IMG/VR virus record: IMGVR_UViG_3300006931_000001 | Location: 53,395-117,394 of that record | DNA length: 64,000 nucleotides | Direction: 5' to 3' (one strand) | DNA from: a virus | Shown here: positions 20,312-30,695 of the stretch, one piece after another | How positions within the stretch are numbered: position 1 is the first letter of the stretch | Layout: every line of letters starts with the position of its first letter | The notes under the pieces: generated by a model | Database searches by the model: none | What the model saw: only the letters and a program-made list of their open reading frames with translations | What the model was told of the DNA's origin: nothing | Made by a program: the position numbers and the translations under genes

Positions 20312-20338
20312 CTGCTAGCATCCTTGGAATGCTAGCAG
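20312..20338 (+). terminator. Stem-loop after primase (terminator or processing site)
   Basis: CTGCTAGCAT-N7-ATGCTAGCAG perfect 10-bp inverted repeat; no U-tract. Confidence 0.4.
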
Positions 20339-20462
20339 CCGATGTAGGTGCAGGTAGCCTGCTGGCTAAGTTCCTGGCGGACCTCGTAGGAAATCGTGTA
20401 AGTGTGCGATTTTGCTACGAAAAAAGTTAGCGCATAAAATATCCTGCATGCTCTGTATAGAC

Positions 20463-20762
20463 ATGGCGACCTCGAACGTAACGACCGCGAGCAAGCAAGC
20501 TAACAGCTGGCAATTTACGTGTAATTACACATACAGCTCTGGTCGTAAGTGTGATGATGAAAATCTCCATCGTCGATACAAAGATCCGCATAATCATACT
20601 GCAGAAACTAGTCTCTGTTGTGACCGCACTGGTTGTGATCTAGCTGCTAGATCTGATCAGATATACATCACCATAAGAGCGATAGATCTCTACAAAAAAT
20701 TTTGTGATAAGCACTGGCTTGAAGAGTCTTACGCTCAGCGCATGTATAATATTGGTCTTTGA
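20463..20762 (+). CDS. Cys/His-rich hypothetical protein
   Basis: ATG at 20463; several Cys/His pairs. Confidence 0.5.
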   Translation: MATSNVTTASKQANSWQFTCNYTYSSGRKCDDENLHRRYKDPHNHTAETSLCCDRTGCDLAARSDQIYITIRAIDLYKKFCDKHWLEESYAQRMYNIGL

Positions 20763-20786
20763 ACAGAGCTCGAAAGGAGAGGGAAA

Positions 20787-21245
20787 ATGGACACGAAAAT
20801 TCATAGCGTGGCAGTATTCGGCTCTAATGGATCTTATCTAATAGGCGTAGAAACAACAGAGGTCTCTCCAAATCTGATAGCTTTGGTACGTCGTCCAATC
20901 AGGAAGACGGAAGTTCTCGGTTACGCAGCATCAGAAGGTACTCAAGATATATTTTATGGTGTTGTCGTTTTGCGTGAGACAAATGGTAAATTATCACAGT
21001 GGCGTATCTCACGTTCCGGAAGCAGTGAATTTACACCTACTGAGCCTCCGTATTATGTGCCTTATCTGAATTTACCAGATGAAGAGCATGGATGGAGATG
21101 GCAGGAAACACCTGTAGATTTGCCGGGGCCGGCTGATCGATTTTTCATCGGTACCAAAGAAGTAACCTCAGAAGAGGCACATGCACAATGTGCTGCTTTT
21201 GAAAAAATGAGAGATGCTGAGATCAACAAACTCAAGCTCTATTAA
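20787..21245 (+). CDS. Hypothetical protein
   Basis: 152 aa, strong RBS AGGAGAGG. Confidence 0.6.
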   Translation: MDTKIHSVAVFGSNGSYLIGVETTEVSPNLIALVRRPIRKTEVLGYAASEGTQDIFYGVVVLRETNGKLSQWRISRSGSSEFTPTEPPYYVPYLNLPDEEHGWRWQETPVDLPGPADRFFIGTKEVTSEEAHAQCAAFEKMRDAEINKLKLY

Positions 21246-21252
21246 ATAAATC

Positions 21253-21486
21253 ATGATCATTATTGATTTTTCGCAATCAGTGGAGTTGGATAATACAACA
21301 ATTCTGTTTCGACGAGTCGCACTTGAGAGGCTTAAGGAATATGGTGCGGCGATTTATGCTAAATATATCCTTCCAATGGTTGAAGACTGTAACGCAGCTC
21401 TTACGGGTGATGTGGTAGCTCGTCAACGCGTTATTGAAACTCTGAGAAGTGAGCTCGCACCATTTAGCGGAGGCGTACTGTGTTGA
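21253..21486 (+). CDS. Hypothetical protein
   Basis: 77 aa in tightly packed + strand array. Confidence 0.5.
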   Translation: MIIIDFSQSVELDNTTILFRRVALERLKEYGAAIYAKYILPMVEDCNAALTGDVVARQRVIETLRSELAPFSGGVLC

Positions 21487-21725
21487 TGACGCAAGAGTAT
21501 TTTGATTTTGTGAGCATCGCACGTGCAATAGTCGTTAAGAAATTGGCAAACAAATTGAACACGTGGACAACAGGTCCGCGTGCTGGACAAATGTTTCACA
21601 AGAATTTTAGCGATCATCGTGCATTCAAACGCATGGTAGATGCGCATGTTCGAAATGAGTTTCAAAAGTATCTCCATATCGGTGCTAGGATACGCGCTCT
21701 AGCAGATGAGGATTTGATTAAATAA
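21486..21725 (+). CDS. Hypothetical protein
   Basis: TGATG coupling, GGAGG RBS. Confidence 0.5.
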   Translation: MTQEYFDFVSIARAIVVKKLANKLNTWTTGPRAGQMFHKNFSDHRAFKRMVDAHVRNEFQKYLHIGARIRALADEDLIK

Positions 21726-21752
21726 CTCCTAACGAACGAGTAGTACAAAAAA

Positions 21753-21914
21753 ATGACGTTATATGCGAAGCCTCTTACGCTTGCGCAACTTGCCGCAACG
21801 CTTAGACCGATGTATCGAACGCGACAGCCGAATTCACCTCAATTGGTGTATATCGGTGAAGTTGTGTTAGATATGAAAACCGCTGTATTCATCTCAGGAG
21901 ATTCTCATGTGTGA
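21753..21914 (+). CDS. Small hypothetical protein (53 aa, not in ORF track)
   Basis: MTLYAKPLTLAQLAATLRPMYR... fills the gap and overlaps the next start. Confidence 0.4.
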   Translation: MTLYAKPLTLAQLAATLRPMYRTRQPNSPQLVYIGEVVLDMKTAVFISGDSHV

Positions 21915-22152
21915 TCGGTGCAGAGAAAAGATTATAGCGATCAATACTTTTCTGGACAGACTCAAGGAAGTACACGGTCAGATCGAAATCATCGGTTTCG
22001 TGAGAGATACTGACGGCGAACCTATGCCGATTATGTTGATCGAGGCTCCACCTGAACATCTGATCGAAATCCACCAACTTGGTCGTGCTGCAGGTATTCA
22101 AATGCCCGAGTCTCCAATTGCCGTTAAGGCAAGAGAGTTTGGTGCTTCGTGA
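21907..22152 (+). CDS. Hypothetical protein
   Basis: 81 aa, AGGAG RBS. Confidence 0.55.
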   Translation: MCDRCREKIIAINTFLDRLKEVHGQIEIIGFVRDTDGEPMPIMLIEAPPEHLIEIHQLGRAAGIQMPESPIAVKAREFGAS

Positions 22153-22367
22153 TCACTCAGAACTCGTCAAATCAAATATCAACAATTCCACTGAGCGAAC
22201 AAAGACGCATTCACGAAGATGATGAAGTCCGTTGCGGAGATATCATGTATCTTCGTGATGACGGATCGCCATCACGGCGACTGTGTGGAGGTTGCAGCTC
22301 GCTGACTGATACCGGGATGCAAAATCCAGACGGCTGCATGGAATTACTGGAGTCAACTTTAAGATGA
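22149..22367 (+). CDS. Hypothetical protein
   Basis: GTGA overlap, Cys motifs. Confidence 0.45.
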   Translation: MITQNSSNQISTIPLSEQRRIHEDDEVRCGDIMYLRDDGSPSRRLCGGCSSLTDTGMQNPDGCMELLESTLR

Positions 22368-22558
22368 TGTGGTTCGCGTATGCAGTTATTTGGCTCGCAA
22401 CAAGTGGAGCTGTTTGTTTTGGAATTTACCGTACAGGCGATATCAGTTGCTTGTGGGCATTATTGATTCCTGGTTTATTAAGTTTTTCTTCTAACAGATC
22501 CGATAAGTCCGTCAATGCAAACTCTCAAAGGAAAGAAACTGACAATGACGAAGACTGA
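22364..22558 (+). CDS. Small membrane protein
   Basis: Two short hydrophobic helices (WFAYAVIWLATSGAVCFGIY; CLWALLIPGLL). Confidence 0.55.
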   Translation: MMWFAYAVIWLATSGAVCFGIYRTGDISCLWALLIPGLLSFSSNRSDKSVNANSQRKETDNDED

Positions 22559-22916
22559 TGATAATGGCAAGACGCTTCCTATGCTTGTTTCCATGCGCGT
22601 CAATGTAAATACTTTATGCAGTAATGGCGGCAAAAATAAAAAATTAATTCCTGGAGAACTAGTCACACAAAATCCAGGTGAATCTATAAATGCTTTCGCA
22701 CTTCGACTTGTCACGTATATTACTGCAGAACATGATCGTATTACTAACAGTATTATGAATATTGATATGGTGAAAGACAAACTGATATCACTAGCTACAG
22801 AACTTAAGGACATCGGATTCACTAATATTGCTGATGGACTTATGAGAGAAGCCAAGTATTTATATCCGTCATCTATTGGTGAATATAAAGACGATGACGA
22901 AGATGATGAAGATTAA
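22545..22916 (+). CDS. Hypothetical protein
   Basis: ATG at 22545, acidic C-terminus. Confidence 0.5.
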   Translation: MTKTDDNGKTLPMLVSMRVNVNTLCSNGGKNKKLIPGELVTQNPGESINAFALRLVTYITAEHDRITNSIMNIDMVKDKLISLATELKDIGFTNIADGLMREAKYLYPSSIGEYKDDDEDDED

Positions 22917-22956
22917 AAACTAAAATCCATTACACACGAAAGAGAAAGGCAGCTCT

Positions 22957-23433
22957 ATGGAACAACGTCAAGACCGTCCTCAGTGGAAACTTGCAAAACT
23001 CTTCACTCACGATGAACAGCTTTTGCTGAGTGGACCACGTTATGCGGTTCGTGTGAGCAAGCTCGATCAAGGATACCCACGCTACTCCATCATGGTGGGA
23101 GCCTTGGTTCCACCTCGAATCGAAGCTGAACACAATGGTGTCGCTCGACCAGCCGCAATTCCATTTGATGTCAATACGTGGCGATTCGTAAATCACATCA
23201 ATCTGGTTTATACCACGAACAATGGTGTCGCTATGCCAGATAACGCGATTGAGAAGATCAACGCGTTACTGGTATTGGCACGTGGTTGGATCACCTCAGA
23301 GGTGCAGCGCCACACCGATGAATTTATCGAGAGAAAGCAGTCACGCGAAATGCGTGATATCAGTCGTGGTGCACCTGTCACGGCACACACCGGAAAGACC
23401 GCCAAGGCTAAGGCCAAGGCAGCGTCCAAGTAA
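22957..23433 (+). CDS. Hypothetical protein
   Basis: 158 aa, basic C-terminal tail, GC3-rich codons. Confidence 0.6.
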   Translation: MEQRQDRPQWKLAKLFTHDEQLLLSGPRYAVRVSKLDQGYPRYSIMVGALVPPRIEAEHNGVARPAAIPFDVNTWRFVNHINLVYTTNNGVAMPDNAIEKINALLVLARGWITSEVQRHTDEFIERKQSREMRDISRGAPVTAHTGKTAKAKAKAASK

Positions 23434-23474
23434 CTTACTCAAGCGTTAAATGCAATAGCAGCAAGGAGAGACAT

Positions 23475-23783
23475 ATGGCAAAGAATGCAAAGAGCAAAGA
23501 AAAGCAAGATTACGGATACTCGGCAGACAAAGATGTTGTTCTGAAAGATTTAGGCACAATCGAAGGTGGAGGGCGCGGCGGTGATCTTTCTCTTCGAATT
23601 GTGAGCTACGCTGGCGGTGCAGCCAAGCTCGCAATCACGCGCACTGGAGTCAACGCGGACACGAGCGAAACATGGCATTCTCCTAAACTCGGTCGGTTGA
23701 ACTTCAAGGAATTGGAAAGTCTGATGCCACTCATGGAGAAAGCATTGCGGTATCTGGAAAAGAAAAATAAGAAGAGCGAATAA
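23475..23783 (+). CDS. PC4/YdbC-like ssDNA-binding or transcriptional-coactivator-like protein
   Basis: KDLGTIE...LSLRIVSYAGGAAKLAITR...KLGRLNFKELESL matches the PC4/YdbC strand-helix pattern; strong AAGGAG RBS. Confidence 0.55.
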   Translation: MAKNAKSKEKQDYGYSADKDVVLKDLGTIEGGGRGGDLSLRIVSYAGGAAKLAITRTGVNADTSETWHSPKLGRLNFKELESLMPLMEKALRYLEKKNKKSE

Positions 23784-23859
23784 CTAGATTCGCGTTTTCG
23801 TAGACGGCGTGTGCAAGACACACGCTGTGTGCGAGAATAAAAACCTTGGAGGTAGATGC

Positions 23860-24252
23860 ATGCGTGATGTTACTGTAACGTTTCTTGGTGTTGGTGATCG
23901 TGAGTCAATTATCGAAATGTTTCCATTCGCTGAGCAAGCCGACGATGATGTTGGTAGTACAGTAACTCAGCATCTAAGTTGTCTACAGCTTGTAGAGGGA
24001 GCGGACTTGGAAACAGACCAATGTTTTTCATCCTTCATGGATGCTGTAGTCTTGCAGTTTTCCAGAGAAGTTCCTTCTGATGTTGACTTGGATGTTTTAA
24101 TTAGAAGCATCCAACATGAAGTTACGTTAATACGCACGCTTTGGCCTATGCTTAATGAGCGTAGAAAATCCATACAAGACGACAGAGATAAATTCTGGTT
24201 CATGTTGTCGTGGTCTACATCAGATGAGGAGGAATGCGATGCAATTCACTGA
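23860..24252 (+). CDS. Hypothetical protein
   Basis: ATG at 23860 after GGAGG. Confidence 0.55.
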   Translation: MRDVTVTFLGVGDRESIIEMFPFAEQADDDVGSTVTQHLSCLQLVEGADLETDQCFSSFMDAVVLQFSREVPSDVDLDVLIRSIQHEVTLIRTLWPMLNERRKSIQDDRDKFWFMLSWSTSDEEECDAIH

Positions 24253-24511
24253 GTGCAAGTGCGGTAATGCTGCGCGCTATATCAACGCGCGTGGTGAATT
24301 GTGTTGTGGCATTTGCCCTCTAAAAGAGCGCATCGATTCGATTCAGCTACGAAATGTAGCTCCACTATTAGCATGGGTACGCAAATACCAAGATAATGTT
24401 TATCGCATGCAGAATACATACATGGATCACGCTTCTGCACATGAGTGCAGGAAAACAAGACAAGCACTTGATCTAGAGCTAGCTGATATCGTACAAAACA
24501 AACCGGAGTAG
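24239..24511 (+). CDS. Cys-rich hypothetical protein
   Basis: CKCG...CCGIC; GAGGAGG RBS. Confidence 0.5.
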   Translation: MQFTECKCGNAARYINARGELCCGICPLKERIDSIQLRNVAPLLAWVRKYQDNVYRMQNTYMDHASAHECRKTRQALDLELADIVQNKPE

Positions 24512-24513
24512 CT

Positions 24514-25623
24514 GTGGATAAGCACCAACATATATGGGTGCGAGTCGAGAGGCGTGATACGGTTCGTGTTGTTTGCGAAATTTGTAATATATCACCGCCA
24601 ATTAGTAAGGCAGTGGTGCGTTTAGTTGTTCAGAACAAAATGGTGCGGTGTCCGTACGGATTTACGGATCACATGCTCACCGTCATGCCAGACGGCAAAC
24701 GCGTACGAAAAAAACAACCGTTGCATGATTGTTATCTCGACAGCTTGACGCCTGGTCATCGTTGCCGTGATCCAGAAAATACTGGCGCAGGACGTTGTCC
24801 TCACGTCAGAAAATTGATGAAAGAGCATGGCCTACGAACGTACGATCGCGTGCTGGTAGCGACGCGTGCGCGGCGTGGCGTGCTTCATCAGGAGTGGCCG
24901 CTAAACGTCGTTTACGCGCCGCTGGACGACGCTGGACGCACGTGGACGGCCGTCAACACGTTCACCGGCCAGCGTCATCCGGTGAGTTTACATGCCGAGC
25001 AACCGCATCGGCGAACGTTAGCCGGCGCTGACATTTGCCAGGAGTACGAGCGCTCAGTGGTCACGGTTAACGGAATGATGGTGCAAACGCAAAAAATAGG
25101 CTTGCCGTGGAACGGCGTACCGCCACGCGATAAGTGGCGGTGTACATGCAAAAATTGCGTGAAAGGAGTAGTAGTGGCGCGAACGCAGAACAAGAGCAAG
25201 AAACCAAAAAATGAACAGCCTATTGACAAACCTCCATCATCGGATGCGGCTCCATATGTTCCAGCACTTCACAGCATGTGGAAGCGTGATGAAAAAGGCA
25301 TGGTCTATGCTGGACCAAAAAAACCAACTGGTCGTCGCTTCAAGAATCAAAAGGATTTTGAAGACTATCAAACAAAACACGTGACACCTCCGCAGCCGGC
25401 AGAAGATAAAGCATTAACGATCGGCGAAGCCTTAACCACAAGACTTCGTACGATCGCAGCTGGTAACGCCGCTGCTGATAAGAGAATTGCAGCATATCGT
25501 GCACGACCTTGTGTTTTATCGAAAGACAAAACATGGTGCACAGCGCACGATCGGCCTGCAGTCAAAAAACTGTGCGATATCGGAAGAGATAACAAGCGCA
25601 AGAAACTCAAGAAAAAAAAGTAA
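24514..25623 (+). CDS. Multi-zinc-finger basic hypothetical protein
   Basis: 369 aa, several Cys/His clusters (CEIC, CTCKNC, WCTAH..LC), Lys-rich tail. Confidence 0.55.
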   Translation: MDKHQHIWVRVERRDTVRVVCEICNISPPISKAVVRLVVQNKMVRCPYGFTDHMLTVMPDGKRVRKKQPLHDCYLDSLTPGHRCRDPENTGAGRCPHVRKLMKEHGLRTYDRVLVATRARRGVLHQEWPLNVVYAPLDDAGRTWTAVNTFTGQRHPVSLHAEQPHRRTLAGADICQEYERSVVTVNGMMVQTQKIGLPWNGVPPRDKWRCTCKNCVKGVVVARTQNKSKKPKNEQPIDKPPSSDAAPYVPALHSMWKRDEKGMVYAGPKKPTGRRFKNQKDFEDYQTKHVTPPQPAEDKALTIGEALTTRLRTIAAGNAAADKRIAAYRARPCVLSKDKTWCTAHDRPAVKKLCDIGRDNKRKKLKKKK

Positions 25624-25804
25624 CAAAATTGATGTCGATTGTATGTGAGGTTTTGCAGGCTGTTGGATTGGGGTCCATTATAGGACACACATTCTATTGG
25701 CTTGGTGTATGGCGACGTCAGAGACAACATAAGAAGCTGTACCTGAAGCAGCGACAGAAAATGCTATCAGGTGATTACGAAGAAATCAGAATTGAGAAAA
25801 TTAA

Positions 25805-26983
25805 ATGAAAAAAGATGCAAAGTATTGTAAGGTGACATGTCTCGAGTGTAATGAGTATGAGGATCATATTCTTGTGCCTCATATTCGCAAAAAGCATGAA
25901 ATGGATCCTGTGGTCTATCTGGAGAAACACGGAGGCTTGGATAAAGCGCCGCTTTGGTCCAGCTTTGGTTATTCTTACATAGCTAAATTACATTCTAACG
26001 CGAATGTTCCGATCGCCAGACCGAGGCGACGAATACAGGTGAGTAAACTCTTTCCAGATTTTGGAAAGCGCACCAATACGATACCCAGAGGCAAAGTTTC
26101 TGTATTCGATACACCAGGTCCGCTCACGCCAATATTCAATGAGCATTATATTTTTCCTGAAGAGCAAACTCTGGACCTGATTGTGCTCTTGGAAAAGCCT
26201 CAGCGTAATCGCGCGTGGATTCAAGGATGGAGCGGTACCGGCAAGACGGATCTTGTTCGGAATCTTGCGGCGCTGGTCGGTGCTGAGCTCTTGCTGTGGA
26301 ACCTCGATGCGTTTCAGCAGCGTAGCCATATTGTCGGCCACTGGACGGTAAAAGACGGCGCTACGGTGTGGCAAGATGGAGTGCTACCACGCGCCATGAA
26401 GCAAGGTTATTGGTGTTTGTGTAATGAGCTGGATACCAGCAATCCGGACGCCATGAATATCCTCAAGCCTGTGTTAGAGGATCCGCCGTATCTGATGATC
26501 GAAGAAACAGGTGAAATCATCAGTGAAGGTCATGGCTTGCATCCTGATTTTAGAATTATTGCTACAGCCAATACTTGGGGTCGCGGTGACACCACAGGAT
26601 TGTTCGTTAATACGAACACACAGAGCGATGCCGATTTGAGACGATGGAGTGGTAGACTTCTTTTGGATTACATGCCAAAAGAAGATGAACACAATATGCT
26701 CGAAAAATATTTCCCAGATAAACTCGACAAAGACGAAATAATCAAATTCGTGAGTGTCGCGAATAAAGTTCGCGATGCATTCAAAGCAGGTAAGATTGAC
26801 AAGACGTTTTCACCAGCTGAGTTGATTAATTGGTGTGAAAACTTTCTTGCCTTTGGTAAGACCGTGCATCATGCAGCACGTGTCAGTTTCCTACAATCAT
26901 GTACGCCAGATGTTGGATTGGCTATTGGTGAAATGATTAACGCAGTGTTTGGTGTGGAGAGTGGCACCGCGAAAGCGGAATAA
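25805..26983 (+). CDS. MoxR/CbbQ/CobS-family AAA+ ATPase with N-terminal C2H2 zinc finger
   Basis: Walker A GWSGTGKT, WQDGVLPRAM, Walker B LCNELD, HPDFRIIATANTWGRGD; CLEC...HIRKKH. Confidence 0.88.
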   Translation: MKKDAKYCKVTCLECNEYEDHILVPHIRKKHEMDPVVYLEKHGGLDKAPLWSSFGYSYIAKLHSNANVPIARPRRRIQVSKLFPDFGKRTNTIPRGKVSVFDTPGPLTPIFNEHYIFPEEQTLDLIVLLEKPQRNRAWIQGWSGTGKTDLVRNLAALVGAELLLWNLDAFQQRSHIVGHWTVKDGATVWQDGVLPRAMKQGYWCLCNELDTSNPDAMNILKPVLEDPPYLMIEETGEIISEGHGLHPDFRIIATANTWGRGDTTGLFVNTNTQSDADLRRWSGRLLLDYMPKEDEHNMLEKYFPDKLDKDEIIKFVSVANKVRDAFKAGKIDKTFSPAELINWCENFLAFGKTVHHAARVSFLQSCTPDVGLAIGEMINAVFGVESGTAKAE

Positions 26984-26984
26984 T

Positions 26985-27539
26985 ATGTACGCAGCATATT
27001 TGCTCTGCACAAAATTCTCTAAATACACTGGAATATTTTTAGGACAATTTGACTCGCCACCACAGGTAGTATTGAGCGTAGGAAAAATCGGACACATCCG
27101 TGAAACGCTCAAATATACTTCCACAAAAAGCGGTCCTTTTGCAGATGCAAAGCACGCTTTTAGGTACGCAAAGAAGATTGAAGCGTCACGCTTAGATATG
27201 GATGACTACTTCGTAGCCTGGTCATTGACATCATCGAACCAATGGCCAAGGCTCGATGTAGAATTTGAAGCGCCTAACGGACGACTGAGTAATGTATACG
27301 CAGGAGATGTACCCGCATGGTGGTATGATTTACTAACTTCTGCAGCTGGTAGTGCAGCACTACCAAAAACTGCCAAAGCTGTTCTAGCTGCGCGTAAGGA
27401 GCGCCATAGAGAGCTCAAAAGTAGATTCAAGACGCTGGCAAAAGAGACAGACGAATCAGTAGAGCCAGAAGAGAAAGAAGATAACAGTGAGCAAGTCATC
27501 AAAAGAAAACCGCGATTCAGGTATGTCCCACGGAAGTGA
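26985..27539 (+). CDS. Hypothetical protein
   Basis: Lies between AAA+ and vWA genes. Confidence 0.5.
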   Translation: MYAAYLLCTKFSKYTGIFLGQFDSPPQVVLSVGKIGHIRETLKYTSTKSGPFADAKHAFRYAKKIEASRLDMDDYFVAWSLTSSNQWPRLDVEFEAPNGRLSNVYAGDVPAWWYDLLTSAAGSAALPKTAKAVLAARKERHRELKSRFKTLAKETDESVEPEEKEDNSEQVIKRKPRFRYVPRK

Positions 27540-29640
27540 GTTGTCTATCGCGATTGAAGACTACAAGAGTGGCCTTGAAAAATTCGTAGCCATGTTTGCG
27601 AATAACTATGGCTTGAAGCTCGTTTTTCGTGGCGCTAAGGCATACACGAACGGCAAGATCATTGTGGTTCCAGAGTTGAGCATGCTCGAGCGGCCACGCA
27701 TGAGTAAGCAAGACGTAAAAGACGCGCTTGATTTTCTCATGTGTACACGTGGCTTCGTGTATCATGAAGGAAGCCACATCATTTACAGTGAATTCGAAAC
27801 GGTCAAGGATCGGATCGATAAAGTTGGCGGCAAGAAATACCACCAACTGGCGAATGTGTTGGAGGATGATCGGATCGAGTATCTGGTATCTGGAGTGTAC
27901 CCAGGCGCCAAAGAAGTTTTGATCTTTACACGAGATTTTGTGTATGATCAGGCAATCAAAGCCTTTGATGACAAAGCTAATAAAATCTCGAAATATACAT
28001 ATTTGATGTATGCGATAGGACTGATCGGTGCACTGTCGTCAACGCGACATGCTCTGTGGTCGCATATACCAAAGGACATAAGAACACTAGCCGAGGAGTT
28101 GAGACCTCTCATCTTGAAGGCCACGCGAGCATCGGCATCAACATCTAAGATGCTCGATATTGCAGAAGAAATTTGGCGACGACTGATCAGTGAAGATGAA
28201 CAAAAGGAGACAGAAAAGGAGAATAAAAAAGACAGCAAGAAAAAGAAAAACAAGAAAAATAACAAAAAGAAAAACAAGAAAAATGAACGTAGCAAAGGAG
28301 ACAAAGATGATAGATCTGATGGACAAGATGATGATGGAGAAAATAGTGATGAATCTGGAAATGTTGGTGGAGATGATGACAGTGCTGATGAGAGTGGAGA
28401 CGACGAAAACGAAGATAATAGCGATGGAGCTACAAGACAGCGACATGGACAACGAGACGAAGACGAAGACAACGGAGGAGACGAGACTGGAGACAGCGAA
28501 GATAAAAGTGAGAGTGATGAAACGGGTGATAGCGAAACTGAAGACAACAATATTGGAAACGGAGACGGAAATGAAGAAACTCCAGGATGCGATAGTAGCC
28601 GAGGAAAAACTTCGGCGCTAACTGATGACGATGATGTCGATGATCTTATCAACACAGAAGGCGTACTCACGAAGAAAGCGATAGAAAATATCGCGCATCA
28701 GTCTACGGGTGTATATCGAGTATACACCACGGAATATGATCAAATTCAGCATCTGAATTTACCAGAAAATAAAGATGGCCGTGAATTTGTGGCACGTCTA
28801 GACTCAGAGACGCGAAGTCACTATGGACCTCTGGCTCGTAATTTTGAAAACCTACTCAAGGCGCGTTCGCGTCAACGCTATGTATATGGTTTGAGTGAAG
28901 GTGACCTAGACGAGGCTAGTTTGTATCGTCTGGCGCAAAGCAATTCGGTCAAGAGCGCCGCGTTGCAGAAACAAAGCAGAGCTGTTTTCAAGCAACGCAC
29001 AGAGGTGCGCTCTTTGGATGATACCGTGGTTGCCTTGACAGTAGACCGATCCGGTAGCATGTCCCACAGAGGTAGTGGAAGTAACAGCCGCAAGGATAGG
29101 CTGGCTATGCAGTGCACTGATATCCTAGGTCAAGCATTGCATGCGGTAGGAGTTCCGTTCGAGGTTACAACTTGGACCACGAATAGTGGAATACCTAGCG
29201 CTGACATCGACCGTACTATTTCTAATCTGTACACAAGATTCTGTGGCTTAGATTTTTTGATCCTCAAGTCTTTTGATGATGACTGGAAGCTTAAGAGATC
29301 TAATTTACAGTATCTAGCAGCACAGCGCTGCAATGTTGACGGAGAAAGTATTTGGATTGCAGCATCACGACTAATGCAGCGTCGTGAGAAACGTAAAGTC
29401 ATGTACGTCATAAGTGACGGCCAGCCAGCCGGAGAAAACTATGACGTGATCCTAGCATTATATAAGCATCTCAAGGATACTGTGATTCGCATCAGACAGG
29501 CTGGTGTAGAAATTCACGGTGTAGGAGTAGGAGCACCTGAAGTTGAACAATTCTATAGGCCACATTTCATCAATGTGATCTCAGCTTCAGAGCTCTCGAC
29601 CATGGTAATTACACATCTCAAGCAAATGTTGCATTTGTGA
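27487..29640 (+). CDS. CobT-like vWA-domain protein (partner of MoxR ATPase)
   Basis: N-terminal AYTNG, HEGSH, NVLEDDRIE; Lys/Asp-rich linker; MIDAS DRSGS...NVDGE...VISDGQP; start may be 27523. Confidence 0.85.
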   Translation: MSKSSKENRDSGMSHGSELSIAIEDYKSGLEKFVAMFANNYGLKLVFRGAKAYTNGKIIVVPELSMLERPRMSKQDVKDALDFLMCTRGFVYHEGSHIIYSEFETVKDRIDKVGGKKYHQLANVLEDDRIEYLVSGVYPGAKEVLIFTRDFVYDQAIKAFDDKANKISKYTYLMYAIGLIGALSSTRHALWSHIPKDIRTLAEELRPLILKATRASASTSKMLDIAEEIWRRLISEDEQKETEKENKKDSKKKKNKKNNKKKNKKNERSKGDKDDRSDGQDDDGENSDESGNVGGDDDSADESGDDENEDNSDGATRQRHGQRDEDEDNGGDETGDSEDKSESDETGDSETEDNNIGNGDGNEETPGCDSSRGKTSALTDDDDVDDLINTEGVLTKKAIENIAHQSTGVYRVYTTEYDQIQHLNLPENKDGREFVARLDSETRSHYGPLARNFENLLKARSRQRYVYGLSEGDLDEASLYRLAQSNSVKSAALQKQSRAVFKQRTEVRSLDDTVVALTVDRSGSMSHRGSGSNSRKDRLAMQCTDILGQALHAVGVPFEVTTWTTNSGIPSADIDRTISNLYTRFCGLDFLILKSFDDDWKLKRSNLQYLAAQRCNVDGESIWIAASRLMQRREKRKVMYVISDGQPAGENYDVILALYKHLKDTVIRIRQAGVEIHGVGVGAPEVEQFYRPHFINVISASELSTMVITHLKQMLHL

Positions 29641-29650
29641 GGAGGTATTT

Positions 29651-30616
29651 GTGAGCAAGAAAACAACGAATCTGAAAAAGAAAGCCGTGCAGTATTACCA
29701 CGAGCACTATGCTCAATATAAACTTCCCGCAAATAAAGTCACTGCATTAAAAGACGTGATATTCGCTGCGCTCAGCAGCGATGGTGATGTAAAGAAGCTG
29801 GTTAATAAATGGGCAGCGCGCAAAGGTGTGACGCTGTCTTCGTCAGATGTGACACGCACGGAGCCTACGCTTCTCGATAAGAAGAGCCTGAAAGAAGTGC
29901 TCACGGTTTTGAACGACGCGAATGTACCAAACACGACATATGAAAAAAGTGAGAGCAAAGAAGAGCTGGCGCAGCGCGCAACAGCTGCACTTAGCAATTT
30001 GCCATCACCTAAGTTGATACAGAAGCTCGGATCAATTGACCCTGAAAAACTCAAAATGCTTCAAGGTGATGGAGCGTGTCTCGGTCTGTTTGTGGATCTG
30101 AAACAGCCCGAATGCCAGGTCTGTACAGATAAGACCGCTTGTGTGTCTGCTTATATAACTAACTTGAATGATAATTTGTCTTCATTCAAGGATGCGTTGA
30201 TAAATCTGAAGACAGATGTACATGCATCTGAAGTGTCTGGAGAAGACATGAAGAAAATCAAAGAGAAGAGCAAAGAGAAAAAAGTCAAACATGTCAGTAA
30301 GCGATTGGCATATAATGCTGAGACAGCCGTATATGTGATGGACATCGCAAATCCGCTGAAAGCTTCCAAGGAACCGGAAGCTCATGCGGTGATCGCTTCG
30401 GTCCTTAAGCGTGTACCGACGACGTTAGGAGAAATCCGTTCGCTACTTGAAAAGCAACACCAGTTGGTGTATGACTCTGACCGTGAATTTATGGAGGAGA
30501 TGATCGAACAGCTGCGTGACTACGGTGTAGTATTGCTATGGACTGACCTCACAAAAACTCAACGTCAACAGTATAAGAAAGATTATAGTTCGGATGATGA
30601 GGATGATGATGAATAG
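29651..30616 (+). CDS. Hypothetical protein with Cys cluster
   Basis: CLG...PECQVCTDKTAC; GAGGAGG RBS; acidic tail. Confidence 0.6.
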   Translation: MSKKTTNLKKKAVQYYHEHYAQYKLPANKVTALKDVIFAALSSDGDVKKLVNKWAARKGVTLSSSDVTRTEPTLLDKKSLKEVLTVLNDANVPNTTYEKSESKEELAQRATAALSNLPSPKLIQKLGSIDPEKLKMLQGDGACLGLFVDLKQPECQVCTDKTACVSAYITNLNDNLSSFKDALINLKTDVHASEVSGEDMKKIKEKSKEKKVKHVSKRLAYNAETAVYVMDIANPLKASKEPEAHAVIASVLKRVPTTLGEIRSLLEKQHQLVYDSDREFMEEMIEQLRDYGVVLLWTDLTKTQRQQYKKDYSSDDEDDDE

Positions 30617-30695
30617 CAGCTAACTATGTGAATGACTAAGAGTAGATTTTATTTTACCGTTTGTGTCTCTGACTTGAAAATCAAAGGAAACTACA

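Noticed and set aside
25805-29640. Cobalamin biosynthesis auxiliary genes (cobS/cobT)
   Set aside because: Similarity is at the MoxR AAA+/vWA family level; no cobN or other cob genes.
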